A stretch of DNA of 54,745 nt, the filler included, from Sluysia triapertura (Eukaryota): NCBI GenBank assembly GCA_046118255.1. It is 4 parts of 4 records of this genome, joined end to end, with 100 filler letters (N's around TTAATTAATTAA, not from the genome) between each part and the next. Parts side by side here need not be neighbours in the genome. Positions count along the whole stretch, not along the records: positions 35,501 to 54,745 come from JBJNIA010085359.1; 3 more parts are not named here. The stretch is one strand, 5' to 3'. Both the position numbers and the translations under genes were made by a program. Shown piece by piece: positions 38,621 through 52,808 of the stretch. The first letter of the stretch is position 1, and every line of letters begins with the position of its first letter. The notes under the pieces were generated by a model that saw only the letters and a program-made list of their open reading frames with translations, searched no databases and was not told where the DNA came from.

Positions 38621-39083
38621 ACAAAAATAGTATAAATAATAATATTAGAAATAAATATCACAATAATATTATACTTTCATTTGTAAAAAATTAAAAACAA
38701 AAATAATAAAAAATAATAAATATAATTAATAATAATAGTAGTAGTAATAAAAATAAACACGTGCATACAAAAAGGAAACGAAGAGTAAAAACAGCAGTAA
38801 CAACAATGGTTAAAACAATTAGAGAATTATTGTAACAATATAAATATTATTATGTTTATAGTTATTATAACAGCAATCAGAAAATTATTATAACAATAGT
38901 AATTATAATTGTGATAATAATTATGGTAATTGTAATTATAAATTATGACTGTGTTTATTTTTGAATAGAGAAACTTGTTTAATAATTTGTTTATATAAGA
39001 TGTGTCGGTATGTGTTAGTATTTGTTTGTAATGATTACGAGTTAACCTGGAGTTCACTACATTAATGATTGGAGTTCACTACA
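38621..39083 (-). mobile_element. Arm G with duplicated TGTAGTG terminus
   Basis: TGGAGTTCACTACAT occurs twice (39048-39062, 39070-39084). Read inward it is C/A-rich then T-rich like arms F/H, but it cannot be aligned to them in detail. Confidence 0.5.
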
Positions 39084-39463
39084 TAAGAGCTATTGAGTTA
39101 ATATCATCATTGTTCGGTTTATTATTATTATTTTCTGAAAGTGTGACATGAGTACAATTTATTCCATTTACACAAGCTCTTATCAAGCTCCCTTTCAAGT
39201 TGCGAATAGAAACAATGATAAAAAGAGTAGTTCTGTCAATCTTGTAGTAATCTAATATGATTTTATTGTCAGTGACATTATCTACTTTTCCTAATGAAGA
39301 ATTAGAAAATACCTTGGAAAATTAATTATTTACTATTTTATTAATTCATTTATTTAACGAATACATTTTAGATAAATTAATTATTATTTATTTTCATTAT
39401 TATTCAGGTTGTTATTATTTCGTAAGTTTTATTTTTAATATTACTTAGATCATTTCAATCTGA

Positions 39464-39520
<57 letters not shown>

Positions 39521-40324
39521 GGTTAGATTTATAATTTACTATTTGAAATTATTTTATGTGCTTAGATTGTTTCTGACTCTTACTGAGTAAAACTATTTTT
39601 TAATTATTCGTTACTAGGTTTATTCTGAAGATTAAGATCTTTATTCGTCTCAGGTGTCCGACATAGAAGTACAATTGATTTTATATGTTCAAAGTTCACA
39701 TTTTCTTCCTCCTTCGTACAAAAGCATAAAGAAATTAAATGTTATTTTATTGCAATAGGAATGCTATAAGACAAAATAAAAGGTTATAATATTATAACTA
39801 TAAAATAAGATATCACACATAATTTCCTACAAATTTATATTTATTTATTCAATATCACTTTATACATGTATCTTTACAGCTAAATTCAATGTAATTTTAA
39901 TTACCAGTTTTAATTTAATAAACTTGATCGGTTGTAATAATTTCAATCAATTAAATCTGTTAAACTGTTATAATTAAATTATGAATAATTTAATAAAGTT
40001 TCTAATTATAAAGTGATTATATAATAAATTCCAATTTTAATTTACTGAACCATAAACTCCATTCCATAATTATTATTTAGTTTTATAATTTCAATATTAA
40101 CTTAATATTTTCCAATTATTTAATTCTATAGTTTTGTGTGCATAGTATAGTTAATAAATTTGTAGATATTTAAATAATTTTTATTAATATAAATTATTAA
40201 TAATATTCACGTAATTAATTATAATTCTATTATATATAATTTATAATTATTATAACATTTAATTATTTTTTAAGTAATATGTAATTTATAAAATTTTCAT
40301 TTATAACATTTAATTATTTTATTC

Positions 40325-40355
<31 letters not shown>

Positions 40356-41987
40356 TATTATTTACAAAGAAATAACTTAATCTTGGATTATTTTAATCAT
40401 TTTCCAATAAATAGTAATTGTTTTTTTGGAATAACTGAAATTAATCTAGGAACTGCATTACATTTATTGTTTTAATATTTATTTTTGATTAAAGTTATTT
40501 TGATTAATTTAGGTAACCAATTATTAAACATTTTAGTGTTGCGTGCGTGTTTTTTCCATTAATAATAACATTAATAGACTTATTTAGAATAACAATAGCT
40601 GTAACATACTTAAATATGCCTTTATTTTAGTAATTAAAAATTTAACAATATTAACTGCATTATTTATCAAACAATATTTTAACTATGTACATTTAATTTC
40701 AATAAGTTAAAATAGAATATAGAATATATATTTTAGTAAAATCATTAATTGCACGTTGAATAAATAAGGAAATTTTTCGTGACAAAAAAATAATTTAATG
40801 TATAAAAAAAACAATTATGTATTGAAATTTTCTATTTATATTCTTTAATAAAGTTTGCGAAATGAAGTGCCTTCTTTATAGAATGAAAATTAAACAGTCA
40901 AGTAAAGTAATAAAGCGATTACTTATGTTTATTTGATATTTAAAATGATAACATGTTTACTTTTGTAATTAAACATAAACTAAATTACCGATTAGTAATA
41001 TTTTTACGAAGTTTTTGAAATCTTAGCACAGATATAATTATGAGACCATTTCCAAAAAGATCCACGATAATAATAATAAATAATAATGACGCTGTGATGA
41101 TTGTACGAGTTATACGCCACATATTATTGTCAGGATTAATTCAGTGGTTTATTTAACTATAGAATTTGAACAAATCATCTAAAATAATTTATTATAATTA
41201 GATGAAACTGTGTGAATTAATTTTAAAATAAATTAATAAAAATATATCAAAATAATCTAAACATAAAATTATAAATAAAAATCATTTTAAAATAAACATT
41301 AAATCAAAAGTAGACGAAAAAAATAAGAAGAGAATAAATTTTATAATTTTTGGCTATTATTTGAATTGATTTGTTAAATTTTAATGAATTATTTTGTTAG
41401 TTTAATGGATAATAATTTAATTTAAATTTTAAATACATATTCAATTACGGTTGCTCTTTAATTATATTTAATTATTAATATTTTTATTGTTACATAATAT
41501 ATACCTTCGAATATTTTGTTGATGAGTAAAAAGAATTGAATCTTTGACTTAATATAGTTCACAAAATTGCATTTTCATTTGTCATCAAAGTAGAAAACTT
41601 TGATATAGAAGCACAATATAAAGTAATTTGATTGACAGAAACGAAATAAACATGTTTAAATGTTAAACATGCATCGTATTCTAGCAATAAAATATTGCAA
41701 TCCTAATAAGGTTATACTTATATAATAATCGAAACAAAACAATTTGTGCAACTTAATAAACATAAACATATTTTAAATAAAGAATAAAATTATAATATTA
41801 ATTAAAGGTTGAAAATAAGAAAAGATTACCCTTACTTATGTATCAAAATACTACGTATGACTGCTGGAAAATCTGCAAATATTATAAGTTTAATAAGTAT
41901 TTAATTACGAAATAAAATTATTACAAAATATAATAAATTAAATAAATTAAATTAAATTATTTTATTTCCATTTAATTTATTATTTAA

Positions 41988-42175
41988 CCTTCCGCCTACC
42001 AAAAAAAAGTATACATGCTGTGCAGACCCCTAAAATAATAAAATTTAAACTACCCATATAAATGAACACTTTTATCTACTATGTAAAAGCCAGGATGCCA
42101 AAACTATTTTTGTATAACAATACTAGAAAATAACTAGTGAAATTTAAACTTAGAACCCGACTGATAAGCGGAAGA
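41988..42175. mobile_element. TTAA-targeting MITE, 188 bp
   Basis: TTAA|CCTTCCGCCTACCA ... TGATAAGCGGAAGA|TTAA. Confidence 0.65.
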
Positions 42176-43274
42176 TTAAGATGTAACATTTAAAATTATA
42201 GCTTAAAAAGCATACTATGAATAATAAGTTTTAATTGTTTATAATATGAAAAAAGAACTAACTATAGTGAATCATTTAATTTCCACTCCATTATGATCAT
42301 TTCCATAAAGATTTATATAATTAACCAAAATCACTGCGATCATTGGAAATTTATTTAACCAATTGAAATGATAAAAAACAAGTTTCATTTCAGTTCCGCT
42401 TATTGATATTATTTGATTTATTGAATACTGGCATATTTTAAATAGAGTAATTAACTTAAATTTAAAATAAATATGTCATTCATTATTTTGGATCAAGTTA
42501 AACTACTTTGGCATTAATTAATGAATTCTGAATAAAAATTAACCACTTAATGATCGGCTTATTTTTAGAAAAATTGAATTAAAATTTAAAATTTATTAAC
42601 AATAGCTCAATAATTAAATTAGAATTAAATCTCGATAAGTTTTCAATAACCACAAAACAAATCAATTCTTTAATCATAATATACTCTCAATATTCTGAAA
42701 TAACATAATACAATACTAAAAATCCAGGGTTGAAACAACATGTTAATGCTCGTATTTACAAAAATAGTGCAACAAAAACGTGGTTTAACCATCTTCAGCA
42801 TTAATAATAAAGATATCACTAGAGAATTTAGTCAGATACTGAAGATCATATGTTTACTACATAAGTATTGAAATAGCTTTCGCATAGGAATCAAAGTTTT
42901 ACTCTATTTGTTTTTCGGATACTTATTTCTTATGAATATTTAGCAAAAATACGATCACTTAGGTAGTAGTTAAATAACTTCTGAGGAGATTAAAAATGGG
43001 AATTTAGACGTAATCACTTTATGTAATTACTTATTCTTTTGAGTCGGTTGTAAGCCGACCAATTTTTATAATTAAATTTCGTACGATAACTTCCGTCGAA
43101 TTTCCGCTGAATTCCAATTTATCATCTCTCAGCAATTATTCACAGGTAATGGGATATGTTTTAAACAATCCTTTTATCTTATTAAAATCAAAAATTTAAA
43201 ATCAAGATTAAAATATTAATGTTTACTAGTTAAATAAACATCAACTTAATTTAAAAATAAAATTTATTTTCCAC

Positions 43275-43470
43275 GATGATTTTTAATTAATAATAATAAT
43301 AATATAATAATAATAATAGTAATAATAATAATAATGATCAAAATAATTTTTAATTAAATTAATTAATAAATATACTTTTATGATTTTAAATTAATAATAT
43401 AATAATAATAATAACAATAATAATAATCAAAATAATTTTTAATTAAATTAATTAATAAATATACTTTTAT
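43275..43470 (+). repeat. Tandem duplication (~100 bp unit)
   Basis: ATCAAAATAATTTTTAATTAAATTAATTAATAAATATACTTTTA repeated at ~43337 and ~43426. Confidence 0.85.
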
Positions 43471-44906
43471 ATTTTCACGATTAAGACCTTAGAGAACATT
43501 CTCTCTTCGTACCTTTCTTTCTTTTTATTTTAATATAAATATTTTATGAACATATCTAATTAACAAATATAATCAATCATGGTAATTTGTTTTATTCTTT
43601 TATTAATACTTTTATTCTTACGCTATAGGCTACAGCACTCGTACCTAGTTCCACCGCTGACTAAACTCAACAAAACATCAGATTTTTTTATTTAAAGAGT
43701 TTAGATAATTTAAAAATTTATTAATTTCAAAAAGTTATTAGTTTATTTGTCGTATATAACGTAAACAAATCGAAACAGGCGCTTTGTGCTCGAGTTGGCA
43801 CGGTGTGATGCGTGCTACGTGTCCAAACATTGTTCCATCAAAAGCATGAAGTTTAATCAATTTTAAATAAACTTCAAACACGAAGTAAGTTGTAAAATTT
43901 ATTATGGAATTTATCAGTTAATAATAAAATTGTAAATTTTATCATTTCATTTTTGTCATAATTTTATTTGAAGCAAAAATTAATTTTATAAATTTTATTT
44001 TTCCATTGTTTCCTTTTTTAAAATTTTAAACCATGTACAAAACAATTCACAAGTTTCTTTCAACCTTAAACCTTCTTCGATCAAACCTAAATTTTTCAGT
44101 ATTAATTTTATTTATCTATAAATTAAGAAAATATTATTGCTGCTTTAATTTTGTTTATATTATTATTATTTTATTTAATATCGTTATTTTGTAGTTTTTA
44201 TTATATTGATCTTAATTGAATTTGAATTTGATAACTTTGAACTAAGAATTTAGATCCGAAATTTATTCGATTATCCCATCAACTGCCAAATTTTTTCATA
44301 TTACAGGTGATTTTCAAATATGTTTACTTGTTGAAAAGAAACAAAAACGGAAAATACATAACGTCTGCCATAAACAATACTGACTGATATGCATAAATTG
44401 ACATTAAACTGTCAAAATGTCAAATATTCTTCGTGCCAAAAATTCCAAAATTCCCAACTTGGGATCCCGGCAGTTAATAGATCAAAGTACACATGTTTTG
44501 TTTGCAAATAAATTTCAAATGTAAATTTAGATTTAATTGTCATCCTCTGCTATTACTTTTATTTGTAAACACCTCTAGAAGTCGATTTATATTCCTTAGG
44601 GAAGGACGATATATAGGATTTTTGCATTAACAAATCAAAAGCGAAAGATTCCACATCATTCAAAACTTTAATGTTTAATTTACAAAATGCGAAATCAATT
44701 CGTATTAATGAAAACTTAAGTTACTATTCTTCTAACGAAATCCAATAATAAAGCCTTTGAGGTATAGTAACAAAATCGTTATGCAATAGACAATATATGT
44801 AAATTAATTTGGTATTTTAAATACTTTAATATTATGTAAATCTAATGCATTTCTCAATTTAATATTTTAAATATTTTAATATTTTAGTTACGGAAAATAA
44901 TATTGC

Positions 44907-44969
<63 letters not shown>

Positions 44970-46168
44970 GGTTTTATTAAATTTATCACAAATTATTATT
45001 ATTTAATTTTATTATTATTATCATTTATATGATTATTATTATCATACAAAATATTATCACAATTTGGGATAATGTATAAAGATTAAATGACCTACCTTTA
45101 AAATATAAATAGATGAATAAATAGTGGACAGAATTAAAAGTTAAAAATTTTATTTAAAGAATTATTTTGAAGTTATTAAACATCATTAATTCGGCGAGAT
45201 TATTTTTAATGATTGAGAATTTTGAAGAAATAACTTTACAATTTCTATAGAATTTATAGACGAAATTTATCCTAGTTAGTAATATGAAAAACAAAGAAGC
45301 AGTTAGTTTATAAAGTTGTTTATTATAAAGAAATTTTAAAATATTTCATAAAATCAAGTTAAACTATATTAATCTTTTATTTTCTTACATAAATTATAAA
45401 GAAAGAAAAAGTATTATTATTAAAAGTAATAATAATTAAACTGATTATCAAGTATTATAATTGCTTTTTTATAATAACATTTACTGAATTAATCGTTTTA
45501 ATATTTACTGCATTAATTGTAGAGTTTAGTAAAGTTATTTAATTGAATATACTTTTTTGATAATTTGACTTAGGTTTATCTTTCAACTAAATTGTTACAT
45601 TAAACGAATTTATTGTTTGACTCTGAATAATAAATTGACTGTATATTTAAATTTTTTGACATTGAATATAAAGTCACATTATAATACTATTTTCATAAAT
45701 AAACTTTCTTTTATTATCATTTCGTTTTATTATAATCAATTATACTAACAATTTTATTATAGACCTTTTGATATTTTTCGATTTTACTGTAGTCAATTAT
45801 ACTATCAATAATTAAAATTTACTGCGTAATATGGTTTCATTAAGTGTATCATCAATATTTAATTTGTGATTATTAAAGTTACTCGAAAAGTTATTTGATA
45901 TAATAATAATTGCGGTAAGAAGTTACACAGAACTAATTGTATATATTTACCTCCAGTTTTAGTATCGCAACGCTGCAAATCTATGTGCTGGCCCTTCAGT
46001 GAGTAAGTCCAGTATCATAGAGAATTCACGAAAATAGCAAAAAAGCTACTTCTAAATAAACATGAAAACAATCATTCTCACATATATTTATACATAATGA
46101 TACTTTGACCATTAGGCTGACATTAAAAGCTTGACAATTACATGATATGTTGTAATTGTTGAGTACAG

Positions 46169-46600
46169 TGTAGTGGTTCACCTCATAATCCAAAACTTAA
46201 TATTAAGTTTTCATCCACACAAAACAGAAATTTACCATTTAAGAAATTTCTACATATTCGGTAACCAATCAATCTAAATACGTCAAATACATCCTCCATA
46301 ACACATTAATCTCTCTGTGGCATAACATAAAGCCTTAAATACACACTTCCTCTAAGCAAATAAAATACTTCACTATTACTTCTCCAGCTTTTCTTTACAC
46401 GTAAATTTCCTCATTTCAAAACACTATCAAATAACAATCTTTGACATTGGAAATAATGTAAAAATGGTATCATGTTTATTGTTTTATTATTATCAGTTTT
46501 ATCATCGCAATTTCTTTTTTGTATCTCTAATTTTCATCACTTTATTTTCTATTTTGATTTTCTATTTTACTTCTATTCCAAGTAACAAGAAAAATAACCT
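46169..46600 (+). mobile_element. Short-arm family copy H, no evident cargo
   Basis: Begins TGTAGTGGTTCACCTCATAATC; homologous to the reverse complement of 17460-17851. Confidence 0.75.
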
Positions 46601-48404
46601 CTCAACCAAAAGCCGAACAAGCGGACAGCTCTCTCTTGCAGTACATTTATCATATGTTTTAGTTTATTTAGCATAATGTTTTAATTTTGATAAAACTGTA
46701 AATAGTTTGTAATATATAGATTGTGCACTTTGTGGCTTTCTCGGCTTAAAGAACATACGATTTTGTCAAATACATTAAATTAGCATACTTTCGTTCGACT
46801 ACACCTGGTGTATTCATAATATTTTAAATTTAATTTTTATAAGTTTATATGTTTGGCTGTTAATTATTATGAAAACTAAGTACTTGTAATTTATATGTCT
46901 ACATGAATTATAGTTTTAAGAATTTCTTAAAATTTATAACAATTTATATAAAAATATAATTTAATCAGTAAGACAGTAATGGATATTGCAGGTCAAGAAT
47001 CAACATTTTATTAAATTTTACAAAAATTTATAATTATATTAAATGAATAATTTAATTAGAATTGTTTGAAAATCATTTTTAATCGATAACTTTTCTTTTG
47101 GTGTTTACGTGGAAGTGGGTATCACACACAATAAAATTCAATCATGAAATGCATTAATCTTAACATAGTGTGAGACACGTCAACGTAGTTAACGTAAAAC
47201 ATTAATTTTAATTAATTTTCTTTGTTATAAAGTTAAGTTTCTATGTATTATAATGAGCATACATAATAAAAGTGTATATCAAATTATTGCCCATTATGAT
47301 ATCATTCTAAATATGTTTATGATATTGACGTATCGTTAATGTGTTTCGGATTATACCAAAAATTATTGAAAATTAGGTTTATATTTGATTAGATTTTTAT
47401 TATATTTAAGTTAATCTATTGTTGTTTTGATAATTATTATTATAAATATGATCCTAAATTTTAATTTTATTATGTTCAAAAGATAAGAGATTGCCACAAA
47501 ACTCATTATCTTTGGATAATTGCTATATTGGAAATTGGTCGGCACAAGAATTCCCAACTTTCTAGCAATTATCTAAACACTATATAAAGAACCACGTTTT
47601 TTCTATCATTCACACAAAACAGAACAAAAGAAAATTATTTTTACTTTTGCAGTAAGACGGTTGATTCAATACAGTAGTGGCAAACCCTGCTTGAATCTTA
47701 AAATTCTTTAGAAATCGGACTGAATTTTATTAAAAGAGCCAACTTATTTATGGTTAGTTGAGTCTTGAGCGTTTATTATTTATTTATTGTATTATGGGTA
47801 CTAATTTTTATTTGTGTTGTGTAACCCCTGAGATTGATTATTATAATTGAATTTTATTTTATTAACTGTCGTAAAACACTGTGTTATATTGATTTAATCA
47901 TTATCTGATTTATTTTGTGATAATTGTGATATATTTGTCTTCGATCATTTGTCTTTTAAAATTTAAAGAGTATTAAAAATATAAAACACAACATTTAGTT
48001 TTAGAATAGAATTTATTTTTAGTTTTTCATACCAAATTTTCTAATAAAAAATATTTATGGTTCTCATTCTGGAACAGAATATTCCACAAATATTTCAAAA
48101 TTATTCTTCTCTTTCATAGCAAGCATTTCATATTCAATTTATTTTTTTCAAGATTCTAAATATGAAAACTTTTATAATTGAGATTTAATTAAAATTTGAC
48201 TTTGGTCAATATTAAGAATCATTCAAACCCTATCTTCATCGAGATATCTTTGAAAACAAAAACCATAACTTAACATCGCATTCAATTTTCAAACTTTATT
48301 AATAAAAGCATGCTTATTTTAATTAATTAATCTATTTTTAGACTCAGTCTTATTTTCTAAAGTTGCATAGTACTTCACAAGACACTCATATGGTTCTAAA
48401 TGCA

Positions 48405-49130
48405 TTCTGATTCTTTTTTCTACTTCTTTATGTCAGTTATTAATGCATAAAATTTATCTTCAATATTAGTATCAATAATTTTATTTTCTCAAATATTTTA
48501 AAGATTTCAAGTGTTTATAAGGTTACTCAAAGATCTTTAATGTTTATTAAGGTTTCACTTACTCACAAAAGTCAATAAGATCGCAAATAGTCTCAATGTT
48601 TACAAGTTCAAGGGTAATTTAAAGCTTCAAAACGTTTTCCGAACCCATCTATAGTTTACTTAAAGGTCTCAACACCTTACAAAGGTCTTTGGAACTCCAA
48701 GTTATTATTTAACTCCCAGCATGATTTCAGATGTTGCGGCAAGCTCAAAATTTAAACGGGCTTATCATAAACATAATCACAACTCCAACATAACCTAACA
48801 CAGTTTCATAAATAAAATTTTTTTAGCTTTAACGAAATCCAAACAACAAGAAAATAAACTAAAATTTTGCGTTATTATATTGAGCAAAGTCATATTTTAA
48901 TTAAATCTCAGTTATAAAACATTGAAATGATAACGATTTGAATATTAGATAATTATTATGGAAAAAAGAATCTATAAATGAATTTGAAGTGTTGGTGGAG
49001 TTATTGGTTTGCGAATAAGAACATTAAACATTATTCAATAGAAAATTTGCTATGAAAAACTGAAAATCAATTCAATTCTAAAAAATTCTTTATTGAATTA
49101 TTACAAATTTTGTGTTATTGTTATTTTTCA
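48405..49130. repeat. Rearranged relatives of the 11235-12295 unit (X inverted at 48405-48705; Y-like direct at 48880-49130; TGTTG at 48732)
   Basis: CTTGGAGTTCCAAAGAC.TTTGTA.GGT and AATATT.AAGATAAATTT..AAGTAGAAAAA shared with 11298-11565; ATTGAGCAAAGTC..ATTTTAATTAA shared with 11792-11817. Confidence 0.65.
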
Positions 49131-50144
49131 TATATAAAAATGTTGAATGAATTTTATATTTGTGATAATTATAGTTTTTAAGTTTTTAATTTTGTAAGGC
49201 ATTCTACGTATTCTAGAAAAGGCATTTTAACTGCTTTATTTTATTATTTAATTAAAACTTGATTTTTGGAGGTTCCTGCCAAAATTGTTTCAGAACATAA
49301 TTATTATAAATTATTTAATAAATGATTTTGAAGTTTTAATTTTAAAATTGTGAAAATCTAGTTGATTTAGAATTATTGTTCGTTGAAACACCCTTAGTTG
49401 TTAGTGTGACTATTACAATCGCGTTCTGGTCATTCATTTGTCACTATATAAATGTTTGATCTGTAATGGAATTTTGTTTTTCATAATATATGTAGAAAAT
49501 TTTTTAGTTTTGATTGCGTAAATTGATACTTACTGTGTTGAAAAATATAGTTAAACTATCTTGATAATTTTTATTTATATATTAAGATACAGATAAAAAT
49601 TTATAATTGAGATTAATATTTAATTTGAATAATAAAGATTGAATTTAAGATTAGTAAGAGTTTTTAATTTAGTATAAGTTAAGACGCCCACATATATTTA
49701 TAAATTTTAAATTAATTTTAAATCAATTAAAATTAATGTAAGTGATTTCAACTGCTGTACCAATAATATCTACTTGATCGTAGATGGGAATTATTAACAA
49801 AATTTAACAATATAATAACTTTGACATTGCAAAATTAAAAATGTCAAATTTAAACATTAAAATGTAAAAATTTTCAATATTAACTATAATATATACAATC
49901 ACATTAATAAATCAGAATGCATTTATTAGTTATATTTATTAATACGTAATAGTGATATAATCAGTGACCATAAATCAAGGTAGAGTAAAATTAAAAACCG
50001 AATATCTTGTGAAAATATTTCAATATCATTTCACGCTGTTGAAGTGTATCTGGTTATATTGATGGATCTAATTTTATCTTTTATATTTAATTGTCGAATT
50101 GGCTTAATAATAATAATAATAAATAATAATAATAATAAATAATA

Positions 50145-50685
50145 CAGTAAACTCACGATTATTCGTGCGCGGATTATCCGTGGATAATATTTAGAAAATG
50201 CATAATTGTTTAAATAAATACGCATCTATTTATTTTAAGTACAATTTTAATTTTATTGATTATACTGACTTCAGTTAATTGAAATGAGTGAAAAAGTTAA
50301 ATCCATATCGAAAATTTCGGAAGAATACGGCGTTGGTGCTCAAATAGTTCGTGATATAATTAAGCAAAAAAGAAAATTGGAGGAGTTTACAAGATATTGT
50401 GATAGTAATGCAGATCCTTCAACTCAGAAAAATATGAAAATGTAACCATATAAAGATTTAGTTACAGCTATGCTTAAATGATTTAATCAAAAACGAGCAG
50501 AAAGAATGGCAATTCCAGCTTCTGTAATTGCAGGTAAAGCCAAATTATTTAATGATTCATTGGGATTGAAAGACTAACAAGATTTAAGAAACGTTACGGT
50601 ACCCGTGAGCTTTCAATCAAATAGAACGCCTTAACGGGAATGTTGACGCCGCTACTAAATTCCGGATTGAATTTGAGGAATTTGA
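50145..50685 (+). mobile_element. Tigger/pogo (Jerky-like) element 5' end with decayed CENP-B-type HTH region
   Basis: TA|CAGTAAACTCACGATTATTCG TIR; LQLIEMSEKVKSISKISEEYGVGAQIVRDIIKQKRKL...AMLK*FNQKRAERMAIPASVIAGKAKLF...RFKKRYGTRELSIK. Confidence 0.85.
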
Positions 50686-52764
50686 ACCTTGGGTTCGCCT
50701 ATAGTATATAGTTTATACTGTGAGAAACATACATATCGGATTTTTACAAAAATCTTTAATTAAAATGCTGATTCAATTTACAATGATCTGAGGGTTCAAT
50801 GTTTAATTTTTATTAATCTTATCTATTCTTTTTATTAATGATTTGGATAAACAAAAACTTTCCTGTTAAACTAAGAGAAGGGCACTTATAAATTCATTAT
50901 TTTGCTGGCCTACACATTTAAGAAATTATAGTTCTCATCAACATATTTCTATTTCACTTGCCAAGTGAACCCACACTTTACTAAATTCTATGGTTACGTC
51001 TATGAAAATTTCTTCGGACATCCATTTATAAAATTCACTTTCTAATTCACAATCATTAGTGACGATTAAAAGTTCTGGTTAGGTTACCTGATTCTCTAGC
51101 TCAATTTGGCTTATTGTTATCATTTTCCCTCAAAGTCTATTTATTTTTCTATGAAACTGAATAAACCAACAAAATAATATATTCACTAGTATAAAAGTAT
51201 TCTGTGATACAAATGGTTATAAGCAAAACCTTCAAATAATGGGTTTCGTTATAAATATAAAATTGTAATGAATTTAGCTGAGACAACAACTTAAACGAAT
51301 AATATTTATATCAAAATAATAATCGCTCAATACCAATCTCTTAACAATTTTGTTTATTAATTTTAATAGAATTTTATTACTAGAGTAAATGAAAGACATT
51401 TTGTTTGTCAATAATTAAGGAAAATGACTTCTAAGAAAAAAACTTTCAAATTAAATCAATTCTCCCAAAAAAGTAATATTTCGTTATTCAATGTCTTTTT
51501 CTACATAAGTTGAATTTTGAATTTAAAGTTATATAATGAACAATAAAGACAATTAATAGAGGTGTTACTACAGATGTCTACACGTTTTGTTATTAGTTCT
51601 TGTTTAGTAATTTTAGATCAGTTATAACTGCTATTGTATCATAGAACATTAGTACGTTGAATGCACGAAATGTCAATAAAACCAACTCTTAAGTATCTTA
51701 AAGTGACATAGCTGTGGCAAGATATTAAAACGCACTGTTATAATGTAAGTTGATTCTAATCGTTAAAGTAATGTATCGACAAGTGACATTTTTATATGTA
51801 CACAATACAGCTAGTTTGCAATAACTGTCAAGTAACACATTTTTAAAATTAATTATAAAAATGTCTGTAAAACAAACCACCCAAAAATAAAACCATGAAG
51901 TTTTTTCGGATGAAACCGGAAAATGCACGTTTAAATTATCATATTTACGAACAGACATTTTAATAATCAAATGTATAAATTTTTCAAATAGTGGACATAT
52001 TCATGTTGAACAAGTAACCATTATGAATATTTTTGAAGAGTTTAAAATTTTGCATCTATGCTTACAAAAATGGAATAAGTCACAACGATGAATATGTCTA
52101 AAGGAAAGATGCACTTTCTCAAAGTGATTACTTTAGAAAAATTGTTTGACAGTAAAAGCTTAAGTATTAAGTACTTTAATTTTGTTGTAATTAAAAGTAA
52201 AAACAAAATATGTAAGCATGTAAAACGAAAGATAATAATTTATTGGTATATGAAAAGACAATTCTGAAGTGATAAGATATTGAAAAAAGGAAACTTCAAT
52301 TAAAATTATTTTAATAATCACATACATCAATTTATTTAAAATATTATGTATGGAAAATATATGCATTAAAAGGGTTTTATGATAAAATAAGGATAATGAA
52401 TTTAATTCGTAATTAATACTTAAAATTGGAGTATTAATTTGAAAATGCAATTAATAAAATTGTACAATTGTCAAATCTAGTGAAAAACGATTATAAGTTT
52501 ATTTTACAATGTTACTTAGAAGCTGTAAAAATTTGCCTATATTTATCCCTATTCATTTGGCGTAAGCTGGAATAGATTATAGTTCTCCAACATCGATCAT
52601 TAATTAAATGTAATCTTCGACAAAAGCACCATAAAGCAACACAACATGACAAAACAACAGAGATCAAAGGGAAAATAGATTTATGAGGTAAATTTGAATA
52701 GTCAATGAAAACGTTGTGTTGATTGTTTAATAATCTGTTCCGAGAATAACTCTGAGGACGCCTA

Positions 52765-52808
<44 letters not shown>

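Noticed and set aside
44276-44480. Possible MITE with ATCAACTGCC/GGCAGTTAAT ends
   Set aside because: Only ~10 bp of imperfect IR, no TSD and no second copy in the window.
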